From: Nemertoderma westbladi
Taxonomy: Eukaryota > Animalia > Xenacoelomorpha
NCBI GenBank assembly: GCA_032718475.1
Contig: JAUCBJ010002121.1
Coordinates: 1-55,682 of the forward strand
Length of the DNA: 55,682 bases
Direction of reading: 5' to 3'
Below, one piece after another: positions 20,281-33,400 of this stretch (positions within the stretch are counted from its first letter, which is position 1; each line of letters starts with the position of its first letter). A model generated the notes under the pieces. It was not told the DNA's origin and did not search any database. It was given only the letters and a program-made list of their open reading frames with translations. Position numbers and translations under genes: made by a program.

Positions 20281-21781
20281 TGTTCGCGGTATTTCAACTT
20301 TTCATAACGCGAGTTGAATATTTTTTGTATTTATTAAAAATGATTATTCCGATATTACTACTGGGTGCGGGACCATGGGTTTTGGGCACATTCTATAAAC
20401 TGGGGGCGATTTATGGGCGAACTTTGGGGCGACTTACAGGGTACGGGACTAATTTCATGTTTATAAGGGCCAAGGGGGGATGGAAAATTCAAGCAGTATT
20501 CAGGTTAGCCTGATTACTATTAGGCCCTGGCCAACTTCCTGCTGCCTGTAGAGGTGGATTTGGTAACGCGCCAGGCCTAAAGGACAAGGACTGCCCTTAG
20601 CGGTCCCTGGCCAACAGCAGTTATTACGAGCCTGAAAAGGACATCGGAACGCCGGCTGCTTGCGTCAGGGATTTGCGACGGGAAACGACAGCCCCCTTAG
20701 CCAAGCCGTACTGGTTCTCGATGACCGATCCCTTCGGGGTTCGCGAGGGGTGGGACGGACACGCGAAAGGGCGGCCGACTTACAGAGGAAGGGTTTGACG
20801 AGGACTGCCCTTAGCGGTCTCTGGTCAACAGCAGTTATTACGAGCCTGAAAAGGACATCGGAACGCCGGCTGCTTGTACCAGGGATTTGCGACGGGAACC
20901 GACGACAGACCCCTTAGCCAAGCCGTACTGGTTCTCGATGATCGTTCCCTTCGGGGTTCGTGAGGGGTGGGACGGACACGCGACGGGGTCGAAAGACAAA
21001 GGACTGGACTCTACTGGCCTACCGACTGTTCGGAGCAGTTTCTCGGCTGCCGAAGCGACTACGAGCCTGAAAGGGACTCGGAAAGCCTAGGTGGTTGGGT
21101 TTCTGCGATGAACCGACGGACCCCTAGCCAAGCCGTACTGGTTCTCGATGATCGAACCCTTCGGGGTTCGGGAGGGGTGGGACGGACACGCGAACGGGTC
21201 CACCGACACGACAGACTCCTAGCCAAGCCGTACTGGTTCTCGATGACCGATCCCTTCGGGGTTCGAGAGGGGTGGTACGGATACGCGACAGAGTCTACCG
21301 ACTGGACCGACCCTTAGCCAAGCCGTGCTGGTTCTCGATGATCGATCCCTTCGGGGTTCGGGAGGGGTGGAACGGACACGCGACAGGGTCGACCGACACC
21401 GACACTACGGCATCAAGACTAGGACCGAGGGAAAATCTGGGGAACATTAGTTAGGCTAAAATCTGAGCGAACAGTGGGTAATTAAATAATATACTGTAGG
21501 GATTTATATTGTCGTGTATAATTATTGTGAATATTTGGTGTATATTGATTTGGGGAAGCCCAAAATTATTCTCAATCAGGATTGTAACAGGGTTCAGTGA
21601 GATTAACTACATTAAAGAATATATCCAACCAATGCAGCTTTTTCTCAACCGCAATCCTGCATCTAAGAAATTCCTCCTTCTCCACAATCAATATCCGGTG
21701 ACTGGCCGGGACTCCGTGGTCTGTAAAGCCCCGCCTCCAGCATCGGCGTTTTTCCCCCCTGGTGTCGGGATAACGGCAACA
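20281..21781 (+). repeat. 3' LTR of element 1 (1501 bp)
   Basis: Preceded by PPT GGGGGGG-AC; followed by TSD CCACT. Confidence 0.96.
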
Positions 21782-23045
21782 CCACTCCTACCTTTGGGTA
21801 GCGGATAGGGTAGAGCCACTCCTACCTTTGGGTAGCGGATAGGGTAGAGCCACTCCTACCTTCGGGTAGCAGATAGAAGTAGCACCTACGCATACCTCCG
21901 GGTAGCAGACAGAAGTTGCGCCCACCCCTACCTTCGGGTAGCAGATAGAAGTAGCGCACACCCCTACCATCGGGTAGCAGATAGGAGTAGCGCCCACCCC
22001 TACCTTCGGGTAGCAGATAGGATTAGCGCCCACCCCTACCTTCGGGTAGCAAACAGGAGTAGCGCCCACCCGTACCTTCAGGTAGCAGATAGGGTAGAGC
22101 TACTCATACCTTCGGGTAGCAGATAGGGTAGAGCCTCTCCTACCTTCGGGTAGCGGATAGGGTAGAGCCACTCCTACCTTCGGGTAGCAGATAGGGTAGA
22201 GCCACTCCTACCTTCGGGTAGCAGATAGAAGTAGCACCTACTCATACCTTCGGGTAGCAGACATGAGTTGCGCCCACCCCTACCTTCGGGAAGCAGATAG
22301 AATTAGCGCCCACCCCAACCTTCGGGTAGCAGATAGGAGTAGCGCCCACCCCTACCTTTGGGTAGCAGATAGGATTAGTGCCCACCCCTACCTTCGGGTA
22401 GCAGACAGGAGTAGCGCCCACCAGTACCTTTGGGTAGCAGACAGGAGTAGAGCCCACCCCTACCTTCGGGTAGCAGATTGCAGTAGCGCTCGCCCCTACC
22501 TTCAGATGGCAGATATGAGCAGCGCCCACCCCTACCTTCGGGTAGCAGGTAGGAGTAGCGCCCACCCCTACCTTTGGGTAGCAGTTAGGAGCAGCGCCCA
22601 CCCCTACCTTCAGGTAGCAGATAGGATTAGTGCCCATCCCTACCTTCGGGTAGCAGATAGGAGTAGCGCCCACCCCTACCTTCGGGTTGCAGATATCAGT
22701 AGCACCAACCCCTACCTTCGGGCAGCAGATAGGAGTAGCGCCCGTCCCTATCTTCGGGTAGCAGACAGGAGTATCGCCCACCCATACCTTCGGGTAGCAG
22801 ATAGGAGTAGCGCCCACTCCTACCTTCAGGTAGCAGATAGGAGTAGCGTCTACCCTTACCTCAGGGTAGCATATATAAGTAGCGCCCACCCCTACCTTAG
22901 GGTAGCAGATAGGAGTAGCGCCCACCCCTACATTCATGTGGCAGATAGGAGTAGCGCCCATCCCTAACTTCGGGTAGCAGATAGGAGTAGCGCCAATCCC
23001 TACCTTAGGGGTAGCAGATAGGAGTAGCGCCCACCCTTACCGGGT
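21782..23045. repeat. Continuation of the minisatellite, mixed 34-bp and 36-bp units (~35 units)
   Basis: 36-bp unit cccacccctaccttcgggtagcagataggagtagcg; more diverged than the left arm. Confidence 0.93.
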
Positions 23046-23129
23046 TAACAGAGTCTAGGTTTAGTGTAAGTAGCAGCGTGGACAACTACGGTAACATGAA
23101 AGGCTGCTCTATGGTAATACTATACGCAG

Positions 23130-24910
23130 ACTGCTGCATTGCAACTATGCACATTGAGATGCTATGCTGGCTTAATAAAAATATTATTCTGCCACCAACA
23201 TGCAATCCACAATTGGCATGCCCCAATGCACAGTGCATTACGAGTGCTGGCTTATCAACTATGAAACCACAACTCCCTATCCACCATGACTTTTGGGAGA
23301 TTATCCGCATCTTCAAGGCCAGTGTCCTTTAGGAGGCGTCTCACGAAAGTCATGGTCAGTCAACCATGCTTATTTTCTCCATGGGGCTGTCAAAGCACTA
23401 GATTGTGCAGTGTAATCGATTTTTCGCGCCTCCGTAGGCAACAATACAAAAATACGCTCCCTCAAGATTATAATTTAGAAATGCAATAATCACAACATAA
23501 TTATTCCCTTCCCCTTCCCTAACCGCAATACCCCATTGCCATCTACACCCAATATCACGGCCTCCCCAATCCGATCACCTTTCCATTCACCTACTGTGAT
23601 CAACGTAATTATTGCACAATAAAGACAGAGTCTGATTAGGTGATAATTAGGGGTCAACTTCACAATGACCTCAGACACCGGGTTAAAAAGGGCCACATTT
23701 GGATGATTTAAACAGTCAGTAACCACAGGCCTTAGTAGATAGCAGCTTTGGCAGATAATCTAGGCTCTGCTATTCGGTATCGGACCTACACTGCGCCATT
23801 ACTCTGATCCCCTAATGGGACCTAGTGTTTGGATGTGTGGGTAAGGCTCCCGCTGAGAACTGAGCTTTGGCCGACCAGCCCTGAGCGCTAGCGCTCTCTG
23901 CCCCCTGGGCTACTCCGTTCATCTCCGTTCGTTCGAACGGCTTAGTCGTCATGACAAGGTAGCAGCAATCTTCCTGTGTTTTGACTCTGTCAGATTACGG
24001 TAGTGCTTGCGCACTTTCCCCGTAAGTAGACTTAGTGGAGCGACCTCGGTTAGTCCTCTAAGTCGTAGGACAAAGTAGCAGCTAACCATCTGTGTCCAAT
24101 CGGACCCACCCGCGTTTGGACCCAGACGGTAACCTGGTGTTTGTACTATTGCCAAGTTTCCAATAGCGCAAAGCAGCACCAAGTTTAATACGACTTTATT
24201 CTACCCCCTTTTGAGACTTTTAGACTTTGACCTTTTCATACTGTACCTTTGTGTGGATTTTGACTATATTTTTTAGAGTATTTTAGCATAACGAAACGAC
24301 TAAAATACTGTATTTTATGTACTATTATCGATTACAATTTTTTGGATTGTATTATTTTTCGAGGTCATACTTTGGATTCTAACGGACCCAAAGCACCCCT
24401 CACCCTGTTTCTCTTTTTCCCTATTTTTCCCTCAGAGGTTTTTCAATGGTCTTACGTAGAGTACACTATTTTTATACCAGAAGGAAGCAATATAACATCT
24501 GGAGAAACATAAATCACTGTGTGTTAGTACTATCGTGAAAGGATTGTGGATGTCCGTAAATAACAAGTCTTCGAAGGACCGTGTATTATTGCGAGTTATT
24601 TTCAAGTCAGTCTTGATACCGGAGAAACCAAAACAGTAAGGAAAGTGAAGGAACAATTTTTGGAACTTTTAGAGATACAAAGCCGTTTTAGGAGCTTATT
24701 TCCATTACATGCACCAGAACTCACCAGAAATCCATTACATGCAGTGACTGGTCCTCACGGCGAATACAGCGGCCTGCAAAGCGGAGGCGGCTTTGTTCAA
24801 GTGCCAAGCTTGGGGAACCAATGAGACACCGCCAATGTTATATAGTGTCTGGTTGTAGATGTGTGCATTGTACTTGACACAGTGAACCCGAGGTAGCTTT
24901 ATTGTGAATG
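23130..24910 (-). mobile_element. Decayed RTE 3' fragment split by a solo LTR (23130-23410 and 24740-24910)
   Basis: Reverse-complement similarity to ~630-990; continuity restored when 23411-24739 and one TSD copy are removed. Confidence 0.8.
23411..24739. mobile_element. Solo LTR (1329 bp) of a third LTR family
   Basis: TGTAATCGATTT...AAATCCATTACA terminal inverted repeat; 5-bp TSD TGCAG (23406-23410, 24740-24744); no ORF. Confidence 0.85.
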
Positions 24911-26087
24911 AAATTCGATCAAAATCGATAGAGCCGTTTTTGTTCTAGGGCAGTAGTAGTACTCAGTAGCTTCTTTTTCTTACAGTAATCAAGTCTTGCG
25001 ATTGCTAAATACTGTAAACTTAGAGTTGAACTTCACTACATACATTTTCCCTAAAATGACATTTTGAAGCTATAATATGCAATTATATTTATTTAAAATG
25101 ATTCCATTAAATTCGACTGTAAATAATTACAATATAATTAGAATGTAAATAAGCCTATAAAATAAGATAAATATATAAAATAGGCCTATAAAATAAAGAA
25201 AAATATATAAAAAAAGGCCTATATATTTTTACGTAATGTAATATATTTAGCTATTTCTCCTTTAAATATTAATTTTACGGATGTATTTTCCTAATTTGTT
25301 TGATTAATGATTATCAGTTTTATTATTTTTTTAAATAAATTATTATTATCATTACCATCGAATTTTATTGAATATAAATTAGAATGTAAATAATGTATTC
25401 GTTTAAAAAATATACCCTCTAAATATTTATTTGTATGTATTATTACAAACTAAGATTAGACATATATTTCTATATAGTACTAGAATTAAAAAAAATGAAT
25501 TATAATTAATTAAATTACAGAATGCATGAATAAGGGTTACTTTAAACCCGCAAATTTGCAAAATAGTAGCTATTTTTTAAGTGGCTGAGTGGTAAATGTC
25601 TATTGAAATATATAATTTAGAGAAATATTTATTGGTAAACCACCTGACACACGTATGGTTGGTGTTGAGAAGGATTACAAAGTCTATTGTATATATATAA
25701 TACTTAGTACTGGATATATGAGCGAGTAAGACCAAAGGTCAAATAGATAAGATTCATTCAATACTACATTACAGGATATTAGTCTGAAGTATTTACTGTA
25801 AGTATTTACTCTAAAGTAGGAGGCCTATTAGGATTACATCGTTACAAGAATGAATAATTTGAATTTACTGTAGGTATTAGGTTTACATAATTATGTAAAA
25901 GTAATTAGTATAAGTTTGTATTATGGAACTATTGTGACGAGGTGTATTGCAACGAACAAGCAAAAAATAAAAAAATAAAAATAGTAGGCCGTTAGGCCAG
26001 GGATTACGCATAAAATCGACGATTTACTTACTCGAGAACTCATTTAGCTATCATTAGGATGCAAGGCGCCAAAACGAAAACTGCCCT

Positions 26088-26166
26088 GGTCCCTATGCGT
26101 TGTTCGAACCCACGACCGCCGGAAAGATGTGAATTTAAGGCAATGGATTTAACCACTACGCCAAGG
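26088..26166 (-). other. tRNA-derived Pol III promoter (A and B boxes), SINE-head or tRNA-pseudogene-like
   Basis: Minus strand reads TGGCGTAGTGG...GGGTTCGAAC; no intact cloverleaf. Confidence 0.55.
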
Positions 26167-27410
26167 TGGGTTCGATATATTTAAATTAGATGTATGCCTA
26201 CCTTTAATGGCATTAAACAAACTTATAAATTAATAACAAATGAACAGAACTTAAACACAGGGACACCTTTAGGCATTAATTGAAGATTGCAGTTAGCGAT
26301 TACTATTCAAATTATAGCTGGGCTGCCACCTAGCGGCCTGGTAATGAACCGACTAATTTTACCTACAGTATATTATTCAGAATGATAGTGATTTTTTATG
26401 TACAAATGTACAATTTTATGTACATTTTGTACAAATTGTTCCAGAATATTGTGTATTTTTATTAAATAGAATAAATGGCCTGCAGTGAACAATAATTCTT
26501 GCAATATTTGAATGCCTATTTCTCAGCTGTTTCTCAACGAAATTCCAGCATTGTTACATATTTGGAATCCTTGCAACGCAAGCTTTCTATTGATGTGAAA
26601 AAATTACGACTAAAGTGAAGAATGGCAATTTTTTTTATTTTATTTTTTATTTATTTATCTTTTTTTTATTTTTATTTTTTTTTATTTTTTATTTATTTTT
26701 ATTTATTTTTATTTTTTTCATATCATTAGAAAGCTTGCGTTGGCACAACTATCAGCAACATAACTGCATAGCATACAGCAGTATAGGCAGACTCATAAAC
26801 TCATATTGTACTGAAGCCCGGGCTGCCAGGATGCCTTCTGGGTCAAATGGTAGTAGATTAGAGAATAGCTTTGGTGTATTAGAAGATATGCAGTTAGATA
26901 CGGCCGGCCAGACCGCTAACACTGAAGATTCCTCTACGCCGGTACTGGGCCTACTAGCACCGGGGACGTGGTACCGGTAATTATCAATACTTGCTTAGCG
27001 GTATCGTTGCAGGGTTTATCGAAGAATACATTTACGGTAACGAGTAATGTCATCTTGGAGAGATTCACGCCCGAAGAGATACTCAAGGTGAAGCAACTGC
27101 TTTCGGAATTGGCCAAGGTTAAACAGACGGGCAGATACTCAAGGAAGGACTGCAGCATCAGCAAATGTCAAGGATACCTGGGATCTATTAGTCGAGTTGG
27201 ACAAAAAAGGAACGCTTCCGGTGATCACCATAGAGGCACTAGAAGCGTTGTCGGTTCCAGTGCTCAAATCTAAGAACAACAGGGAACACGATATGGATGT
27301 TATTACACGTCTCAGTTTATTGGATGAAAAAATCGAGGAGTTTCAAAAGACGGTTAAAGAAAAGTTTAATTCGATGGAAGTAAAACTTGCGGAAAGTATT
27401 AACCCCGAGG

Positions 27411-30400
27411 CGTAACGAAAGAGTAAAGAGCAAAGCAAAGAGCGTGGCGTGAGGCGGAACGTAAGGAACGTGTAGCGAGAGAGGAAAGCGAACGCAGGGA
27501 ACGTGAGGCGAGAGAGGAAAACGAGTGCAAATAACGCGAGGTGAGAGAGGAAAATGAGTGCAAAGAATGCGAGGCGAGAGAGGAAAACGAACGCAGAGAG
27601 CGTGAGGCGAGACGAAGGGAGGGGGCTAGAAGAGAGTTGGAATTGGCTGAGCGGGACGCACGGGAGTGTAGGGAGAGAATGGCAAGAAAGGAGTATGAGC
27701 GAGAAGAGTTAGAGAAACGTCAAGGTGAGCTTAGAGGGTACAAAGCTATACATACGCGCGAACGGGAACTGGCGCGAATAGGGGCGTCTGAGAGTGGGGC
27801 AGGCTCGAGTATTTTCGAGGAGCCAGGGGCTGTGGATACATTTATTAATACCGCACTTACAGGGACCGCACGACAGACCCAAGACTGGTGTGACCGTACG
27901 GGCGGGGGAGGGGTAATAATAATGCTACAGTAGACGTCGTTAATATTAATAGTACCGTATTGGATAACCCTAATCCCTTTATTGCAGCAAATAATACTTT
28001 ACCTAGTAGCAGTAATTTAAATTTAAATACAAATAATAGTTTCAATTTGAACGTGCAAAATAATCCGAATAATAATTTAAATTTAGAAAATAACAATAAT
28101 TCAAATAATTTAAGTAATGATCCAAGCCCGAATTTATAAAATAATTCAAATAATTTAAGTAATGATCCAAGCCCGAATTTACAAAATAATTCAAATGATT
28201 TTGTTTCAAACGAACAAATTAATTCCGTTTCCAATATGGGTGCTATTAACGTGAACACGTCGGGCGTGTATGGCCAGGCAGAAGGGGGCCTGGTAGGCCA
28301 CGTAGTTGGTAGGGAGGGAGTGGCTGGGTTGGGTAGACCCAGAGAGGGCCTGGTAGGCCACGTAGTTGGTAGGCCGGAGCAGACGGGGTTGAGCCAACCC
28401 AGAGAGGGCCTGGTAGGCCACGTAATTGGTAGGCAGGGAGTGGCTGGGTTGGGTAGACCCAGCGAGGGCCTGGTAGGCCACGTAGTTGGTAGGCAGGGAG
28501 TAGAGGGCCTGGTAGGCCACGCAATAGCAGAGGATGAGGCGGGGGTGAATAGACCCGACCGCGGTAGGGTTGATGTGTCGACTGGAGAGGGATATAGTAG
28601 CGGGGTGAGAGATAGCGAAGTTAGATGTGGCGAGTGGGGGGGGGGGGGGGGGGGGGGGGGGCTACAGGGGCCCCACAACAGCGAGTTAGCGGCGAAAGGG
28701 GGGGGGGGGCAGAGAGTGTCCCACAGCCGTCAGCGGATAATGCGCGGGCCGAAATAGGTAAACCGCAACACCCGGCGACGGAAAGCAATAGGGGGATTGC
28801 GAGTATCCCCAGCGGCGTGCGACCGAGCAGAGAGAGACAGGTTGACGTCGTAAGAGGGCGGACGAAGCGTCGAGCCCGATCAGAAGAGGGAAGAAGATCA
28901 GTGGGGTTTAACCGGGAGGTCGACGAGAGATCTCACGAGCGGGAATACTCCACTGAAAGGAGAAGAAGAGAAGATAGTAGTAGAAGTATCGCCGCGAACG
29001 ATAGAAGAGCGAGGACGGATAGCGAGCCGTCGGTAGTCAAGATGAGAACAGAGAGTCAGTGGGGTCGGACTCCGGGAGATTGCCATCGCCCCGGAGAGAT
29101 GCGACCTGGTGAGGCGCATTACGCGCCGATGGAGGGGTACGCGATGTACCGGTACAAAGACGAGGACAGTAGAGGGGGGGGGGGGGGGGGTCGAAGAGAA
29201 ACTTTCCGACGGAATATACCTACCGATCGAGAATACGGTAGCCGCGGGGAGGACTATTCGAGAAGAATAAACTTCGATCCCGAGCGACACATGCAGACTG
29301 TAGGACATACTGTAGGCCTTACTGCACATACCATAGGCCATACTGACAGAGGCAATGTAGGCGATAGGATAGCGCGGACGATGGGATTAAACCCGGAAGT
29401 CGCGGAATACATACCGGCGAGTAGGCCAGAAGCTGATAGGCCTATACCGGTACCAGTACAGCAGTATGACTACAGCATGCAGGGACATAACATATACCCA
29501 GGGGAGGGGGGAATTATTGCGGATAGGTGTATGGGCCCCAACATATTAACATCAACCCCAGTACCAAACATAGAGGTGGGAGGGGGGGGGGGGGGGGGGC
29601 AGGGTGACATTCCCCCATCACAATATCAACAATATACCCCGATAGGAGCAAGAACAACGGGACCCTTGGATAAAAATAGGTCATGCGACACAGAAATATG
29701 GAGGGGGCCGCTACCCCCGATGACATATCCAAGTCAAAGGAAAGGTGGAAATAGGACAGACGGACCGCACCAGACAGGAGAAACTATACAACATCCATCG
29801 AACCCATTGGAAGCACAGGCGATGGGGATGGCCACGTTGATCGATGCGTTGAAAACGAGGATCGAGTTACCACCCGTGCCGTGGAACCATTCAAATTCGA
29901 TGGGAGTAGGCCGGAAGAATATCTACAGTTTCAGCGCATGTATAGTAACGAAATACTAACAAAGAACTTCATGCAGGCGGAGGAGTGCCTAAAGTATCTG
30001 CAAGTATACACGGGAGGCCCAGTATACGATATCGTGAGGCAATACCAAGGCATAGAGGGCGGCTTCACGACAGCATGGCGGGCACTGGATAGGGAATACG
30101 GGCACCCGGCCAAGATCATCAGGCAGACACTGAGAGGCATAACATCGTGTGGCCTACAGGATAATCCCGTTAGCATTAAGACGTTCGCTAACAAAGTCGA
30201 AAAGGCGCTAATCGTGCTGGAGACGCTAAACGCGCCATACGAGCTCAACGCGTCCAACAACATCACCACGATAGCGCAGGCACTACCGAACTGGCTGCGC
30301 AACAAGTGGAGGAAAATCGCTTTCTCCACTCGAGACAAGAAGGGTGTGGAACCGGGTTTAGAAGAAATGTCAAGCTTCTTAAACTACGAGGCTGAACTGA

Positions 30401-33400
30401 TAACTGACCCAGTCTATAGCGAAGATAGCCTGGGAAAGGGACCGAAGACGGATTACCATAGACCGAAGCCAGAGCACAATACATCAAACGCATTACCGAG
30501 GCTCAGGCAATCATTGCCATATGCAGCGACGCAGGGGACTGCGAGTCCACAGATAGCCGAAAGTAAGACCACACCATGGAACGGACAGGGGAACAATAAC
30601 AACACAAATAAATATAACCCCAGTACGTCCAGTAGGCCGAATCCAAACAATAAGAATAGTAGGGACTTTGGTACAAACGCGGCTGCGATACGCAATGCGC
30701 TGTATAAGGAGGGCTACGACCCAAAGAGCAAATGCAAGCTACACGCAAATGCGCTTCATCAAACCATGAACTGCAGTTACTGGCAGGCGCTACCTAGGCA
30801 AGATCAGATAGATTATGCGTTGAGCAATAAAATCTGCTCGCGATGTGTGATGAGTGGACATAGAGCTAGGGAATGCAAGGAGAAGCCGGTAAAGTTCGGT
30901 CAAAGGAGAGGCCAAACGATGGCAACGAGCACAGTAGGGGCGAAGAAGAGAGGAACGGTGTTACTTGGAGTAGTACCCGTGCGAGTGATTGGAGAAGGCA
31001 ATCGATCAGTAACAACACTAATGCTGGTTGATAGTGGAGCTGCCTTCACATTAGTCGAGGAATGGGTGGCCGAAGAGATAGGATTGAGAACGAGGCCAAG
31101 CAGAATGGCGGTAACAACCATCTCTAGCAAAGATGAGATCCTGGAGATGAGAACCGGACGGTGCGCGATTGCAGCAGTGGCACCGGGATGCGACTATGGG
31201 GCAACCATCGACCCCATCCAAGTGATAGAGTCAATTAATATCAATGCCAGGCGGCCAACCAACATCGAGGTCGAGCAATATAAATTCCTGGACGACATTG
31301 ACTTCTCAATCCCAGATGTGGACGTTAGGAAGGTATCCATCATAGTAGGAATGGACTGCCCAACGGCCCACGAAAGAATGCAAATGGTCTTCGGCGAAGA
31401 CAAGCAGTGTGACCCGGTGGCGATATTAACACCATTCGGGTGGACGCTGAGTGGCCCAATCAAGAGCAAGATACCATTTAGGATGTCGGAGACATCAGGA
31501 TGCATGTTCGCGGGAACAATGCAGGAAATGGGCGATGAGGGAGCAGAGGAGCAGCTTAAAAGACTGCTCAGACAAGATTTCGAGGGACTGAAAGAGACCG
31601 GGGTCGGGACCTCGGTAGAAGACAAGCAGGCTTTACAAAGCGTGGAGGAATCGATGACATGCGATGAGGGGCGGTATACTATAGGAATGGTATGGAAACT
31701 ACCGAAGATACCACTACCCGATAATAGAGGGATGGTACTCACGAGACTCCGCAAGCTGAAACAAACACTAAAACGGAGCCCTGAGAAGAATGAGTATATC
31801 CACAGAACGATTAAGAAATACGTCGAGAAAGGATGGGCCGTGGAGTTACCGGTCGACGAACCGAACACGGACAGGACATATTACCTGCCACTCCACGTGG
31901 CTTTAGACCCAAAGAAAGGTAAACTGCGGATGGTAGTTGACGCATCGGCAAAGACCAACGGAAAATGCTTAAACGACTATCTGTTAGAAGGTCCAAACAT
32001 ATACAACTCGGGCATAGAGGTCCTACTTAGATTTAGGAATGGGAAACACGCCTTCACGTGTGACATAGAAGGCATGTTCAACCAAGTCCGTGTAACGGAG
32101 GAAGACAGCGACAGTCAACGCTTCTTATGGTATAACGGCGAGGAAGAACCGTCGATAATACCGGCATATAAGATGGTAGTACAAAACATGGGGGCCAAGT
32201 CGTCTTCATTTACGACGACTATGGCAGTGAGAGACACAGTGAAGGGGAAGGAAGATAGATACAGCACTAGGGCCGTCGATATGATTCGACGCGGCTTCTA
32301 CGTAGACGACGGAATGGAGTCTGGAAATACGGTTAATGAGATATTGGACACAGGGCGCGAGGTTCGCGACATCCTAAAAGGATCCGGCTTTAACCTGACC
32401 AAATTCCAATCCAGTTCGGAAGAATTTATCAAGGCGATAGAGGACAAGAGACCAGAATCGACCATGGATAATCCCACAACAGCCAAAGGGCAGGACATGG
32501 CGAACAAGAGAACAGAATCTCAACAGAAGGCATTGGGAATCGTGTGGAACAGAGAGACAGACGAACTGAAGTATCAGCTGAGCCAGGAGGGCGCAGACAT
32601 CCACACGAAGAGGGGCTATGTATCGTATATAGCAAGGATATACGATCCCCTAGGCCTAGCATCCCCATTATTAGTCACGGGGAAACAGATACTCAAGAGA
32701 GTATACAAATTGAAGGATGAGTGGGATGTAGAGGTACCAGAGGAAATCAAGAAACAGTGGAGTAAGTGGACAGGAGACTTGGAGAAGATGGGAACATACA
32801 ACATGCCACGAGTGTATTTCCCGGATGGGAACATGACGAATCTGGACCTACACATGTTCTCCGATGCGTCGTTGGAGGCGTACGGAGCGGCACTCTATTT
32901 AGTACAACGAGAGGGGGCTCATAAGCCCAGACTGGCCTTTAGCAAAGCAAAGTCAAGATTCAGCATCAGTTCCCAAGTTAGAATTGACAGCTGCGAGACT
33001 AGGAGTTAGGGCCACAGCCTACCTAGTGGATACTATTCCCAACATAGTGGAGACACACTACTGGACGGACTCCATGGTAGTGCTTGGTTGGCTACATAAC
33101 GAAAGGACGAGATACCCAATATTCGTCGCAAATAGAGTGGACGAAATAAGGGCGACCACAGAACTGGAAAGCTGGCACTACTGCCCAACGGACGAGAACC
33201 CAGAGGACTTGTTGTCGAGGGGCGTGGTACGCCACACTTTCTTGAAGAAGGAAGTATTGTGGCAACATGGGCCACAATTTCTGAGCGATAAGGAGGCCTG
33301 GCCGCCGATGAGAAAGGTGGATCCGGGCTCAGAAGTAGTGTCAGAGGGAGAAGAAGGAGATTCAGAGGGAGAAGAGATATACTCCCAGATGGTGAGGGAG

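Larger units (their letters stand above)
7617..21781 (+). mobile_element. Full-length Bel/Pao LTR retrotransposon (element 1) with third ORF
   Basis: TG...CA LTRs of ~1.5 kb, ~99% identical; 5-bp TSD CCACT (7612-7616, 21782-21786); PPT G7 at 20272-20278; Gag-PR-RT-RH-IN order with Bel/Pao motifs. Confidence 0.96.

Noticed and set aside
18223-21385. Selenocysteine readthrough of ORF3 TGA codons via ATGA...GA LTR hairpins as SECIS
   Set aside because: Upper helix is only ~7 bp with a UUCG loop and no apical AA motif; the third stop is TAG; the element 2 ORF3 has no in-frame TGA
22242-22967. 234-239 aa ORFs on both strands
   Set aside because: Translation of the 36-bp satellite unit; no evidence of a real gene
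26088-26166. Functional tRNA gene
   Set aside because: A and B boxes present but acceptor, anticodon and T stems do not pair properly
28635-28710. Long G runs as G-quadruplex or recoding signals (also 29173, 29582, 38743, 44332; C runs at 2493)
   Set aside because: Homopolymer lengths are error-prone and coincide with frame breaks; cannot be interpreted without reads
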